Shown piece after piece: positions 1-14,530 of a stretch of DNA of 64,000 nucleotides. Where the stretch lies: contig NC_134035.1 in the NCBI RefSeq assembly GCF_964204645.1, positions 6,572,001 to 6,636,000 of the forward strand. Direction: 5' to 3'. The notes beneath the pieces are model-generated. The model did no database searches and was not told the origin of the DNA. It saw only the letters and a program-made list of their open reading frames with translations. The stretch is from Tubulanus polymorphus. Its lineage: Eukaryota > Animalia > Nemertea. How positions within the stretch are numbered: the stretch's first letter is position 1; every line of letters begins with the position of its first letter. The position numbers and the translations under genes are program-made.

Positions 1-3000
1 ATATTTTGGTTTTATCGCCCGCGACAATTCATTATTACGGTTTTATCGCTCGCGACAATTCATTATTTTGGTTTTGTCGCCCGCGACAATTCATTATTAC
101 GGTTTTGTCGCCCGCGACAATTCATTATTACGGTTTTGTCTCCCGGGACAATTCATTATTTTTAGTTTTATCGCCCGCAACAATTCATTATTTTGGTTTT
201 GTCGCGCCGACAATTCTTTTTTTGGTTTTGTCGCCCGCGACAATTCATTAGTTTGGTTTTGCCACCCGCGATAATTCATTATTTTGGTTTTATCGCCCGC
301 GACAATTCTTTATTTTGGTTTTGTCGCCCGCGACAATTCATTATTTTGGTTTTATCGCCCGCGACAATTCAATATTTTGTTTTTATCGTCCGCGACAATT
401 CATTATTTTGGTTTTGTCGCCCGAGACAATTCATTATTTTGGTTTTATCGTCCGCGACAATTCAATATTTTGGTTTTATCGCCCGCGACAATTCATTATT
501 TTGGTTTTGTCGCGCCGACAATTCTTTTTTTGGTTTTGTCGCCCGCGACAATTCATTAGTTTGGTTTTGTCACCCGCGATAATTCATTATTTTGGTTTTA
601 TCGCCCGCGACAATTCATTATTTTGGTTTTATCTCCAGCGACAATTCATTATTTTGGTTTTGTCGCCCACGACAATTCTTTTTTTGGTTTTGTCGCCCGC
701 GACAATTCATTATTTTGGTTTTGTCGCCTGAGAAAATTCATTATTTTTGTTTTATCGCCCGCGACAATTCATTAGTACGGTTTTATCGCCCGCGACAATT
801 CATTATTTTGGTTTTATCGCCCGCGATAATTCATTATTTTGGTTTTGTCGCCTGAGAAAATTCATTATTTTTGTTGTATCGCCCGCGACAATTCATTATT
901 ACGGTTTTATCGCCTGCGACAATTCATTATTTTGGTTTTTGTCGTCCGCGACAATTCAATATTTTGGTTTTGTCGCCCGCGACTATTCAATATTTTGGTT
1001 TTGTCGCCCGCGAATATTCATTATTTTCAGTTTAATCGCCTTCGACAATTCATTATTTTGGTTTTGTCGCGCCGACAATTCATTATTTTGGTTTTATCGC
1101 CGGCGATAATTCATTATTTTGGTTTTGTCGCCTGGACAATTCACCATTTTGGTTTTGTCGCCCGCGACAATCAATATTTTGGTTTTATCGCCCACGACAA
1201 TTCATTACTTTGGTTTTATCTCCAGCGACAATTCATTATTTTGGTTTTATCGCCCACGTCAATTCATTACTTTGGTTTTATCTCCACAGACAATTCATTA
1301 ATTTGTTTTTGTCGCCTCGACAATTCTTTTTTTGGTTTTGTCGCCCGCGACAATTCATTAGTTTGGTTTTGTCGCCCGCGACAATTCAATATTTTGGTTT
1401 TGTCGCCCGCGACAATTCAATATTTTGGTTTTATCGCCCGCGACAATTCAATATTTTGGTTTTATCGCCCGCGACAATTCAATATTTTGGTTTTATCGCT
1501 CGCGACAATTCATTATTTTGGTTTTGTCGCCCGCGACGATTCATTATTACGGTTTTGTCGCCCGCGACGATTCATTATTTTGGTTTTGTCGCCCACGACA
1601 ATTCTTGTTTTTAGTTTTGTCGCCCGCGACAATTCATTATTTTGGTTTTATCGCCCGCGACAATTCAATATTTTGTTTTTATCGTCCGCGACAATTCATT
1701 ATTTTGGTTTTTTCGCCCGCGACAATTCAATATTTTGGTTTTGTCGCCCGCGACTATTCAATATTTTGGATTTGTTGCCTGCGACAATTCATTATTTTTA
1801 GTTTTATTATTCAATATTTTGGTTTTGTCGCCCGCGAATATTCATTATTTTCAGTTTAATCGCCTTCGACAATTCATTATTTTGGTTTTGTCGCGCCGAC
1901 AATTCATTATTTTGGTTTTATCGCCGGCGATAATTCATTATTTTGGTTTTGTCGCCTGGACAATTCACCATTTTGGTTTTGTCGCCCGCGACAATCAATA
2001 TTTTGGTTTTATCGCCCACGACAATTCATTACTTTGGTTTTATCTCCAGCGACAATTCATTATTTTGGTTTTATCGCCCACGTCAATTCATTACTTTGGT
2101 TTTATCTCCACAGACAATTCATTAATTTGTTTTTGTCGCCTCGACAATTCTTTTTTTGGTTTTGTCGCCCGCGACAATTCATTAGTTTGGTTTTGTCGCC
2201 CGCGACAATTCAATATTTTGGTTTTGTCGCCCGCGACAATTCAATATTTTGGTTTTATCGCCCGCGACAATTCAATATTTTGGTTTTATCGCCCGCGACA
2301 ATTCAATATTTTGGTTTTATCGCTCGCGACAATTCATTATTTTGGTTTTGTCGCCCACGACGATTCATTATTACGGTTTTGTCGCCCGCGACGATTCATT
2401 ATTTTGGTTTTGTCGCCCACGACAATTCTTGTTTTTGGTTTTGTCGCCCGCGACAATTCATTATTTTGGTTTTATCGCCCGCGACAATTCAATATTTTGT
2501 TTTTATCGTCCGCGACAATTCATTATTTTGGTTTTGTCGCCCGCAACAATTCAATATTTTGGTTTTGTCGCCCGCGACTATTCAATATTTTGGATTTGTT
2601 GCCTGCGACAATTCATTATTTTTAGTTTTATCGCCTTCGACAATTCATTATTTTGGTTTTGTCGCGCCGACAATTCTTTTTTTGGTTTTGTCGCCCGCGA
2701 CAATTCATTAGTTTGGTTTTGTCACCCGCGATAATTCATTATTTTGGTTTTATCGCCCGCGACAATTCTTTATTTTGGTTTTGTCGCCCGCGACAATTCA
2801 TTATTTTGGTTTTATCTCCAGCGACAATTCATTATTTTGGTTTTGGCGCCCGCGACAATTCATTAGTTTGGTTTTGTCGCCCGCGACAATCAATATTTTG
2901 GTTTTATCGCCCACGTCAATTCATTACTTTGGTTTTATCTCCACAGACAATTCATTAATTTGTTTTTGTCGCCTCGACAATTCTTTTTTTGGTTTTGTCG

Positions 3001-6000
3001 CCCGCGACAATTCATTAGTTTGGTTTTGTCGCCCGCGACAATTCAATATTTTGGTTTTATCGCCCGCGACAATTCATTATTACGGTTTTATCGCTCGCGA
3101 CAATTCATTATTTTGGTTTTGTCGCCCGCGACAATTCATTATTATGGTTTTGTCGCCCGCGACAATTCATTATTACGGTTTTGTCTCCCGGGACAATTCA
3201 TTATTTTTAGTTTTATCGCCCGCAACAATTCATTATTTTGGTTTTGTCGCGCCGACAATTCTTTTTTTGGTTTTGTCGCCCGCGACAATTCATTAGTTTG
3301 GTTTTGTCACCCGCGATAATTCATTATTTTGGTTTTATCGCCCGCGACAATTCTTTATTTTGGTTTTGTCGCCCGCGACAATTCATTATTTTGGTTTTAT
3401 CGCCCGCGACAATTCAATATTTTGTTTTTATCGTCCGCGACAATTCATTATTTTGGTTTTGTCGCCCGAGACAATTCATTATTTTGGTTTTATCGTCCGC
3501 GACAATTCAATATTTTGGTTTTATCGCCCGCGACAATTCATTATTTTGGTTTTGTCGCGCCGACAATTCTTTTTTTGGTTTTGTCGCCCGCGACAATTCA
3601 TTAGTTTGGTTTTGTCACCCGCGATAATTCATTATTTTGGTTTTATCGCCCGCGACAATTCATTATTTTGGTTTTATCGCCCGCGACAATTCAATATTTT
3701 GTTTTTATCGTCCGCGACAATTCATTATTTTGGTTTTGTCGCCCGAGACAATTCATTATTTTGGTTTTATCGCCCGCGACAATTCAATATTTTGGTTTTA
3801 TCGCCCGCGACAATTCATTAGTTTGGTTTTATCGCCCGCGACAATTCATTATTTTGGTTTTGTCGCGCCGACAATTCTTTTTTTGGTTTTGTCGCCCGCA
3901 ACAATTCATTAGTTTGGTTTTGTCACCCGCGATAATTCATTATTTTGGTTTTATCGCCCGCGACAATTCTTTATTTTGGTTTTGTCGCCCGAGACAATTC
4001 ATTATTTTAGTTTTATGGCCCGCGACAATTCATTATTTTGGTTTTGTCGCCCGAGACAATTCATTATTTTAGTTTTATCGCCCGTGACAATTCATTATTT
4101 TTTTTTTATCGCCGGCGACAATTCAATATTTTGGTTTTGTCGCCCGGGACTATTCAATATTTTGGATTTGTCGCCCGCGACAATTCATTATTTTTAGTTT
4201 TATCGCCTTCGACAATTCATTATTTTGGTTTTGTCGCGCCGACAATTCTTTTTTTGGTTTTGTCGCCCGCGACAATTCATTAGTTTGGTTTTGTCACCCG
4301 CGATAATTCATTATTTTGGTTTTATCTCCAGCGACAATTCATTAATTTGGTTTTGTCGCCTCGACAATTCTTTTTTTGGTTTTGTCGCCCGCGACGACAA
4401 TTCATTAGTTTGGTTTTGTCGCCCGCGACATTTCAAGATTTTGGTTTTGTCGCCCGTGACAATTCATTATTTTGGTTTTATCGCCGGCGATAATTCATTA
4501 TTTTGGTTTTGTCGCCTGGACAATTCACCATTTTGGTTTTGTCGCCCGCGACAATTCATTATTTTGGTTATGTCGCCCCGACAATTCTTTTTTTGGTTTT
4601 GTCGCCCGCGACAATTCATTAGTTTGGTTTTGTCGCCCGCGACAATCAATATTTTGGTTTTATCGCCCACGACATTTCATTACTTTGGTTTTATCTCCAG
4701 CGACAATTCATTATTTTGGTTTTGGCACCCGCGACAATTCATTAGTTTGGTTTTGTCGCCCGCGACAATCAATATTTTGGTTTTATCGCCCACGTCAATT
4801 CATTACTTTGGTTTTATCTCCACAGACAATTCATTAATTTGTTTTTGTCGCCTCGACAATTCTTTTTTTGGTTTTGTCGCCCGCAACAATTCATTAGTTT
4901 GGTTTTGTCGCCCGCGACAATTCAATATTTTGGTTTTGTCGCCCGCGACAATTCAATATTTTGGTTTTATCGCCCGCGACAATTCATTATTTTGGTTTTG
5001 TCGCCCGCGACAATTCATTATTACGGTTTTGTCGCCCGCGACAATTCATTATTACGGTTTTGTCTCCCGGGACAATTCATTATTTTTAGTTTTATCGCCC
5101 GCAACAATTCATTATTTTGGTTTTGTCGCGCCGACAATTCTTTTTTTGGTTTTGTCGCCCGCGACAATTCATTAGTTTGGTTTTATCGTCCGCGACAATT
5201 CAATATTTTGGTTTTATCGCCCGCGACAATTCATTATTTTGGTTTTGTCGCGCCGACAATTCTTTTTTTGGTTTTGTCGCCCACGACAATTCTTTATTTG
5301 GTTTTGTCGCCCGCGACAATTCATTATTTTGGTTTTGTCGCCTGAGAAAATTCATTATTTTTGTTTTATCGCCCGCGACAATTCATTAGTACGGTTTTAT
5401 CGCCCGCGACAATTCATTATTTTGGTTTTATCGCCCGCGATAATTCATTATTTTGGTTTTGTCGCCTGAGAAAATTCATTATTTTTGTTGTATCGCCCGC
5501 GACAATTCATTATTACGGTTTTATCGCCCGCGACAATTCAATATTTTGGTTTTGTCGCCCGCGACTATTCAATATTTTGGTTTTGTCGCCCGCGAATATT
5601 CATTATTTTCAGTTTAATCGCCTTCGACAATTCATTATTTTGGTTTTGTCGCGCCGACAATTCATTATTTTGGTTTTATCGCCGGCGATAATTCATTATT
5701 TTGGTTTTGTCGCCTGGACAATTCACCATTTTGGTTTTGTCGCCCGCGACAATCAATATTTTGGTTTTATCGCCCACGACAATTCATTACTTTGGTTTTA
5801 TCTCCAGCGACAATTCATTATTTTGGTTTTGTCGCCCACGACAATTCATTAGTTTGGTTTTGTCGCCCGCGACAATCAATATTTTGGTTTTATCGCCCAC
5901 GTCAATTCATTACTTTGGTTTTATCTCCACAGACAATTCATTAATTTGTTTTTGTCGCCTCGACAATTCTTTTTTTGGTTTTGTCGCCCGCGACAATTCA

Positions 6001-9000
6001 TTAGTTTGGTTTTGTCGCCCGCGACAATTCAATATTTTGGTTTTGTCGCCCGCGACAATTCAATATTTTGGTTTTATCGCCCGCGACAATTCAATATTTT
6101 GGTTTTATCCCCCGCGACAATTCAATATTTTGGTTTTATCGCTCGCGACAATTCATTATTTTGGTTTTGTCGCCCGCGACGATTCATTATTACGGTTTTG
6201 TCGCCCGCGACGATTCATTATTTTGGTTTTGTCGCCCACGACAATTCTTGTTTTTGGTTTTGTCGCCCGCGACAATTCATTATTTTGGTTTTATCGCCCG
6301 CGACAATTCAATATTTTGTTTTTATCGTCCGCGACAATTCATTATTTTGGTTTTGTCGCCCGCGACAATTCAATATTTTAGTTTTGTCGCCCGCGACTAT
6401 TCAATATTTTGGATTTGTTGCCTGCGACAATTCATTATTTTTAGTTTTATCGCCTTCGACAATTCATTATTTTGGTTTTGTCGCGCCGACAATTCTTTTT
6501 TTGGTTTTGTCGCCCGCGACAATTCATTAGTTTGGTTTTGTCACCCGCGATAATTCATTATTTTGGTTTTATCGCCCGCGACAATTCTTTATTTTGGTTT
6601 TGTCGCCCGCGACAATTCATTATTTTGGTTTTATCTCCAGCGACAATTCATTATTTTGGTTTTGGCGCCCGCGACAATTCATTAGTTTGGTTTTGTCGCC
6701 CGCGACAATCAATATTTTGGTTTTATCGCCCACGTCAATTCATTACTTTGGTTTTATCTCCACAGACAATTCATTAATTTGTTTTTGTCGCCTCGACAAT
6801 TCTTTTTTTGGTTTTGTCGCCCGCGACAATTCATTAGTTTGGTTTTGTCGCCCGCGACAATTCAATATTTTGGTTTTATCGCCCGCGACAATTCATTATT
6901 ACGGTTTTATCGCTCGCGACAATTCATTATTTTGGTTTTGTCGCCCGCGACAATTCATTATTATGGTTTTGTCGCCCGCGACAATTCATTATTACGGTTT
7001 TGTCTCCCGGGACAATTCATTATTTTTAGTTTTATCGCCCGCAACAATTCATTATTTTGGTTTTGTCGCGCCGACAATTCTTTTTTTGGTTTTGTCGCCC
7101 GCGACAATTCATTAGTTTGGTTTTGTCACCCGCGATAATTCATTATTTTGGTTTTATCGCCCGCGACAATTCTTTATTTTGGTTTTGTCGCCCGCGACAA
7201 TTCATTATTTTGGTTTTATCGCCCGCGACAATTCAATATTTTGTTTTTATCGTCCGCGACAATTCATTATTTTGGTTTTGTCGTCCGCGACAATTCAATA
7301 TTTTGGTTTTATCGCCCGCGACAATTCATTATTTTGGTTTTGTCGCGCCGACAATTCTTTTTTTGGTTTTGTCACCCGCGATAATTCATTATTTTGGTTT
7401 TATCGCCCGCGACAATTCATTATTTTGGTTTTATCGCCCGCGACAATTCAATATTTTGTTTTTATCGTCCGCGACAATTCATTATTTTGGTTTTGTCGCC
7501 CGAGACAATTCATTATTTTGGTTTTATCGCCCGCGACAATTCAATATTTTGGTTTTATCGCCCGCGACAATTCATTAGTTTGGTTTTATCGCCCGCGACA
7601 ATTCATTATTTTGGTTTTGTCGCGCCGACAATTCTTTTTTTGGTTTTGTCGCCCGCAACAATTCATTAGTTTGGTTTTGTCACCCGCGATAATTCATTAT
7701 TTTGGTTTTATCGCCCGCGACAATTCTTTATTTTGGTTTTGTCGCCCGAGACAATTCATTATTTTAGTTTTATGGCCCGCGACAATTCATTATTTTGGTT
7801 TTGTCGCCCGAGACAATTCATTATTTTAGTTTTATCGCCCGTGACAATTCATTATTTTTTTTTTATCGCCGGCGACAATTCAATATTTTGGTTTTGTCGC
7901 CCGGGACTATTCAATATTTTGGATTTGTCGCCCGCGACAATTCATTATTTTTAGTTTTATCGCCTTCGACAATTCATTATTTTGGTTTTGTCGCGCCGAC
8001 AATTCTTTTTTTGGTTTTGTCGCCCGCGACAATTCATTAGTTTGGTTTTGTCACCCGCGATAATTCATTATTTTGGTTTTATCTCCAGCGACAATTCATT
8101 AATTTGGTTTTGTCGCCTCGACAATTCTTTTTTTGGTTTTGTCGCCCGCGACGACAATTCATTAGTTTGGTTTTGTCGCCCGCGACATTTCAAGATTTTG
8201 GTTTTGTCGCCCGTGACAATTCATTATTTTGGTTTTATCGCCGGCGATAATTCATTATTTTGGTTTTGTCGCCTGGACAATTCACCATTTTGGTTTTGTC
8301 GCCCGCGACAATTCATTATTTTGGTTATGTCGCCCCGACAATTCTTTTTTTGGTTTTGTCGCCCGCGACAATTCATTAGTTTGGTTTTGTCGCCCGCGAC
8401 AATCAATATTTTGGTTTTATCGCCCACGACATTTCATTACTTTGGTTTTATCTCCAGCGACAATTCATTATTTTGGTTTTGGCACCCGCGACAATTCATT
8501 AGTTTGGTTTTGTCGCCCGCGACAATCAATATTTTGGTTTTATCGCCCACGTCAATTCATTACTTTGGTTTTATCTCCACAGACAATTCATTAATTTGTT
8601 TTTGTCGCCTCGACAATTCTTTTTTTGGTTTTGTCGCCCGCGACAATTCATTAGTTTGGTTTTGTCGCCCGCGACAATTCAATATTTTGGTTTTGTCGCC
8701 CGCGACAATTCAATATTTTGGTTTTATCGCCCGCGACAATTCATTATTTTGGTTTTGTCGCCCGCGACAATTCATTATTACGGTTTTGTCGCCCGCGACA
8801 ATTCATTATTACGGTTTTGTCTCCCGGGACAATTCATTATTTTTAGTTTTATCGCCCGCAACAATTCATTATTTTGGTTTTGTCGCGCCGACAATTCTTT
8901 TTTTGGTTTTGTCGCCCGCGACAATTCATTAGTTTGGTTTTGTCACCCGCGATAATTCATTATTTTGGTTTTATCGCCCGCGACAATTCTTTATTTTGGT

Positions 9001-12000
9001 TTTGTCGCCGGCGATAATTCATTATTTTGGTTTTGTCGCCTGGACAATTCACCATTTTGGTTTTGTCGCCCGCGACAATTCATTATTTTGGTTATGTCGC
9101 CCCGACAATTCTTTTTTTGGTTTTGTCGCCCGCGACAATTCATTAGTTTGGTTTTGTCGCCCGCGACAATCAATATTTTGGTTTTATCGCCCACGACAAT
9201 TCATTACTTTGGTTTTATCTCCAGCGACAATTCATTATTTTGGTTTTGTCGCCCACGACAATTCATTAGTTTGGTTTTGTCGCCCGCGACAATCAATATT
9301 TTGGTTTTATCGCACACGACAATTCATTACTTTGGTTTTATCTCCAACGACAATTCATTAATTTGTTTTTGTCGCCTCGACAATTTTTTTTTTGGTTTTG
9401 TCGCCCGCGACAATTCATTAGTTTGGTTTTGTCGCCCGCGACAATTCAATATTTTGGTTTTGTCGCCCGCGACAATTCAATATTTTGGTTTTATCGCCCG
9501 CGACAATTCAATATTTTGGTTCTATCGCCCGCGACAATTCAATATTTTGGTTTTATCGCTCGCGACAATTCATTATTTTGGTTTTGTCGCCCGCGACGAT
9601 TCATTATTACGGTTTTGTCGCCCGCGACAATTCATTATTTTGGTTTTGTCGCCCACGACAATTCTTGTTTTTGGTTTTGTTTTTGGTTTTATCGCCCGCG
9701 ACAATTCAATATTTTGTTTTTATCGTCCGCGACAATTCATTATTTTGGTTTTGTCGCCCGCGACAATTCAATATTTTGGTTTTGTCGCCCGCGACTATTC
9801 AATATTTTGGATTTGTCGCCCGCGACAATTCATTATTTTTAGTTTTATCGCCTTCGACAATTCATTATTTTGGTTTTGTCGCGCCGACAATTCTTTTTTT
9901 GGTTTTGTCACCCGCGATAATTCATTATTTTGGTTTTATCTCCAGCGACAATTCATTAATTTGGTTTTGTCGCCTCGACAATTCTTTTTTTGGTTTTGTC
10001 GCCCGCGACGACAATTCATTAGTTTGGTTTTGTCGCCCGCGACATTTCAAGATTTTGGTTTTGTCGCCCGTGACAATTCATTATTTTGGTTTTTTATCGC
10101 CGGCGATAATTCATTATTTTGGTTTTGTCGCTTGGACAATTCACCATTTTGGTTTTGTCGCCCGCGACAATTCATTATTTTGGTTATGTCGCCCCGACAA
10201 TTCTTTTTTTGGTTTTGTCGCCCGCGACAATTCATTAGTTTGGTTTTGTCGCCCGCGACAATCAATGTTTTGGTTTTATCGCCCACGACAATTCATTACT
10301 TTGGTTTTATCTCCAGCGACAATTCATTATTTTGGTTTTGGCGCCCGCGACAATTCATTAGTTTGGTTTTGTCGCCCGCGACAATCAATATTTTGGTCTT
10401 AACTCACGTCAATTCATTACTTTGGTTTTATCTCCACAGACAATTCATTAATTTGTTTTTGTCGCCTCGACAATTCTTTTTTTGGTTTTGTCGCCCGCGA
10501 CAATTCATTAGTTTGGTTTTGTCGCCCGCGACAATTAAATATTTTGGTTTTGTCGCCCGCGACAATTCAATATTTTGGTTTTATCGCCCGCGACAATTCA
10601 ATATTTTGGTTTTATCGCCCGCGACAATTCAATATTTTGGTTTTATCGCTCGCGACAATTCATTATTTTGGTTTTGTCGCCCGCGACGATTCATTATTAC
10701 GGTTTTGTCGCCCGCGACAATTCATTATTTTGGTTTTATCGCCCGCGACAATTCAATATTTTGTTTTTATCGTCCGCGACAATTCATTATTTTGGTTTTG
10801 TCGATTTTGACAATTCATTATTTTGGTATTTTTAGGTTTATCGCCTTCGACAATTCATTATTTTGGTTTTGTCGCGCCGACAATTCTTTTTTTGGTTTTG
10901 TCGCCCGCGACAATTCATTAGTTTGGTTTTGTCACCCGCGATAATTCATTATTTTGGTTTTATCTCCAGCGACAATTCATTAATTTGGTTTTGTCGCCTC
11001 GACAATTCTTTTTTTGGTTTTGTCGCCCGCGACGACAATTCATTAGTTTGGTTTTGTCGCCCGCGACATTTCAAGATTTTGGTTTTGTCGCCCGTGACAA
11101 TTCATTATTTTGGTTTTATCGCAGGCGATAATTCATTATTTTGGTTTTGTCGCCTGGACAATTCACCATTTTGGTTTTGTCGCCCGCGACAATTCATTAT
11201 TTTGGTTATGTCGCCCCGACAATTCTTTTTTTGGTTTTGTCGCCCGCGACAATTTATTAGTTTGGTTTTGTCGCCCGCGACAATCAATATTTTGGTTTTA
11301 TCGCCCACGACAATTCATTACTTTGGTTTTATCTCCAGCGACAATTCATTATTTTGGTTTTGGCGCCCGCGACAATTCATTAGTTTGGTTTTGTCGCCCG
11401 CGACAATCAATATTTTGGTTTTATCGCCCACGTCAATTCATTACTTTGGTTTTATCTCCACAGACAATTCATTAATTTGTTTTTGTCGCCTCGACAATTC
11501 TTTTTTTGGTTTTGTCGCCCGCGACAATTCATTAGTTTGGTTTTGTCGCCCGCGACAATTCAATATTTTGGTTTTGTCGCCCGCGACAATTCAATATTTT
11601 GGTTTTATCGCCCGCGACAATTCATTATTACGGTTTTGTCGCCCGCGACAATTCATTATTACGGTTTTGTCGCCCGCGACAATTCATTATTACGGTTTTG
11701 TCTCCCGGGACAATTCATTATTTTTAGTTTTATCGCCCGCAACAATTCATTATTTTGGTTTTGTCGCGCCGACAATTCTTTTTTTGGTTTTGTCGCCCGC
11801 GACAATTCATTAGTTTGGTTTTGTCACCCGCGATAATTCATTATTTTGGTTTTATCGCCCGCGACAATTCTTTATTTTGGTTTTGTCGCCCGCGACAATT
11901 CATTATTTTGGTTTTATCGCCCGCGACAATTCAATATTTTGTTTTTATCGTCCGCGACAATTCATTATTTTGGTTTTGTCGCCCGAGACAATTCATTATT

Positions 12001-13327
12001 TTGGTTTTATCGTCCGCGACAATTCAATATTTTGGTTTTATCGCCCGCGACAATTCATTATTTTGGTTTTGTCGCGCCGACAATTCTTTTTTTGGTTTTG
12101 TCGCCCGCGACAATTCATTAGTTTGGTTTTGTCACCCGCGATAATTCATTATTTTGGTTTTATCGCCCGCGACAATTCATTATTTTGGTTTTATCGCCCG
12201 CGACAATTCAATATTTTGTTTTTATCGTCCGCGACAATTCATTATTTTGGTTTTGTCGCCCGAGACAATTCATTATTTTGGTTTTATCGCCCGCGACAAT
12301 TCAATATTTTGGTTTTATCGCCCGCAACAATTCATTAGTTTGGTTTTATCGCCCGCGACATTTCATTAGTTTGGTTTTGTTGCCCGCGACAATTCAATAT
12401 TTTGGTTTTATCGCCCGCGACAATTCATTATTTTGGTTTTGTCGCGCCGACAATTCTTTTTTTGGTTTTGTCGCCCGCAACAATTCATTAGTTTGGTTTT
12501 GTCACCCGCGATAATTCATTATTTTGGTTTTATCGCCCGCGACAATTCTTTATTTTGGTTTTGTCGCCCGAGACAATTCATTATTTTAGTTTTATCGCCC
12601 GCGACAATTCATTATTTTGGTTTTGTCGCCCGAGACAATTCATTATTTTAGTTTTATCGCCCGTGACAATTCATTATTTTTTTTTTATCGCCGGCGACAA
12701 TTCATTATTTTGGTTTTGTCGCCTGGACAATTCACCATTTTGGTTTTGTCGCCCGCGACAATTCATTATTTTGGTTTTGTCGCCCCGACAATTCTTTTTT
12801 TGGTTTTGTCGCCCGCGACAATTCATTAGTTTGGTTTTATCTCCAGCGAAAATTCATTATTTTGGTTTTGTCGCCCACGACAATTCTTGTTTTTGGCTTT
12901 GTCGCCCGCGACAATTCATTATTTTGGTTTTATCGCCCGCGACAATTCAATATTTTGTTTTTATCGTCCGCGACAATTCATTATTTTGGTTTTGTCGCCC
13001 GAGACAATTCATTATTTTGGTTTTATCGCGCCCGCGACAATTCATTATTTTGGTTTTGTCGCCCGCGACAATTCATTATTTTGGTTTTATCGCCCATGAC
13101 GATTCATTATTTTGGTTTTATCGCCCGCGACAATTCATTAGTTTGGTTTTATCGCCCGCGACAATTCATTAGTTTCTTATTGTCGCCCGCGACAATTCAA
13201 TATTTTGGTTTTATCACCCGCGACAATTCATTAGTTTGGTTTTGTCGCCCGCGACAATTCAATATTTTGGTTTTATCACCCGCGTCAATTCATTAGTTTG
13301 GTTTTGTCGCCCGTGACAATTCTTTTT
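1..13327. repeat. 31-bp tandem satellite array (consensus TTTTGGTTTT(G/A)TCGCCCGCGACAATTCATTA) with higher-order repeats; extends beyond the window start
   Basis: Directly visible 31-bp periodicity. Identical variant strings recur at offsets of 824, 3045, 3757/3819 and 2881 bp. Confidence 0.99.
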
Positions 13328-14260
13328 CAGTCCACTTGGGACTTTAGTCCCAGCGGGCTATTGTGTTCACTTTTCGTCCCTCCGTCCGTCCATAGACGGA
13401 ATCCAGTTATTTTGGGAAGTTTTGAAGACGCTTCAAGGTAAGTTTTTCCACATTAAATTGATACCTAAGCATATTGTGTTACTATATTCAATTGGAAAGT
13501 TGTAGCCCATAACGTGTTCTATGAGTTTCAATGTCTTTGGTTTTAGTATGTGGCCATCAGGGGGCGTTGAGTAATACAATAACTTAGTATTGCTATATTA
13601 TATTTGTACCAAGGCATATTTTGTTACCATGATCAATTGCAAAGTTGTAGTTCATGACATCGTCCATGATTGTTGTGAGTTTTTAAGTACATTAGTTATT
13701 CCATATAGTCACCAGGGGGCGTTGAATAGTAGAATGGCTTAGTATTTCCTTATTAGATTGGTACCTAGGCATATTTTGTTACCATGATCCATTGCAAAGT
13801 TGTAGATCATGACATCGTCTATGATTGTGGTGAGTTTTTAAGGACATTAGTTATTCCATATAGTCACCAGGGGGCGTTGAATAGTAGAATGGCTTAGTAT
13901 TTCCTTATTACATTTGTACCTAGGCATATTTTGTTACTATGATCAATTGCAAAGTTGTATTTCATGACATGTACTACGATTGTGGTGAGTTTTAAGGTCA
14001 TTGGGTTTTGCATATGGTCACCAGGGGCGTTGAATAGTAGAATAACTTAGTATTTCCATATTAAATTGGTAACGAGGCATATTTTGTTATCACAATCAAT
14101 TACAAAATCATAGCTGCTCACATGTTCTATTATTGTGGTGGGTTCCAAGGTCATTGGTTTTTGTATATGGTCACTAGAGGGCGTTATGTATTGAAATTGT
14201 TAGATTGTTGAGCATTTGAAACCACTTCACAAGTGAGCATGGTGTCCCTGGACCCCTAGT
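13328..14260 (+). mobile_element. Non-autonomous Helentron-associated (HINE/DINE-1-like) element
   Basis: Inserted in the T-run of a satellite monomer (GACAATTCTTTTT|CAG...CTAG|TTTGGTTTTG). 5' CACTTGGG plus hairpin TGGGACT-TT-AGTCCCA, a (GTCC)n microsatellite at ~13376-13391, central ~155-bp tandem repeats, 3' partner CACAAGTG (CCCAAGTG in copy 2), GTCC-CT-GGAC stem-loop and terminal CTAG. Confidence 0.75.
13445..14190. repeat. ~155-bp internal tandem repeats of the HINE-like element (~5 copies)
   Basis: CACCAGGGGGCGTTGAATAGTAG-like motif recurs at ~13555, 13710, 13865, 14020 and 14172. Confidence 0.9.
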
Positions 14261-14530
14261 TTGGTTTTGTCTCCCCCGACAATTCATTATTCTGGTTTTG
14301 TCGCACGCAACAATTCAATATTTTGTTTTTGTCGTCCGCGACAATTCATTTTTTTGGTTTTGTCGCCGCGACAATTCAATATTTTGGTTTTAACGCCCGC
14401 GACAATTCTCTATGTGGTTTTATCGCCCGCGACAATTCATTATTTTTGTTTTGTCGCCCGTGACAATTCAATATTTTGGTTTTGTCACCCGCGACAATTC
14501 ATAATTTTGGTTTTGTCCCCGTGGTTTTGT
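14261..14530. repeat. Short diverged 31-bp satellite array
   Basis: Same monomer, about 9 copies. Confidence 0.95.

Noticed and set aside
1-13327. CRISPR array (31-bp partly palindromic repeats)
   Set aside because: Repeats are head-to-tail with no unique spacers, there are no cas genes, and the context is eukaryotic.
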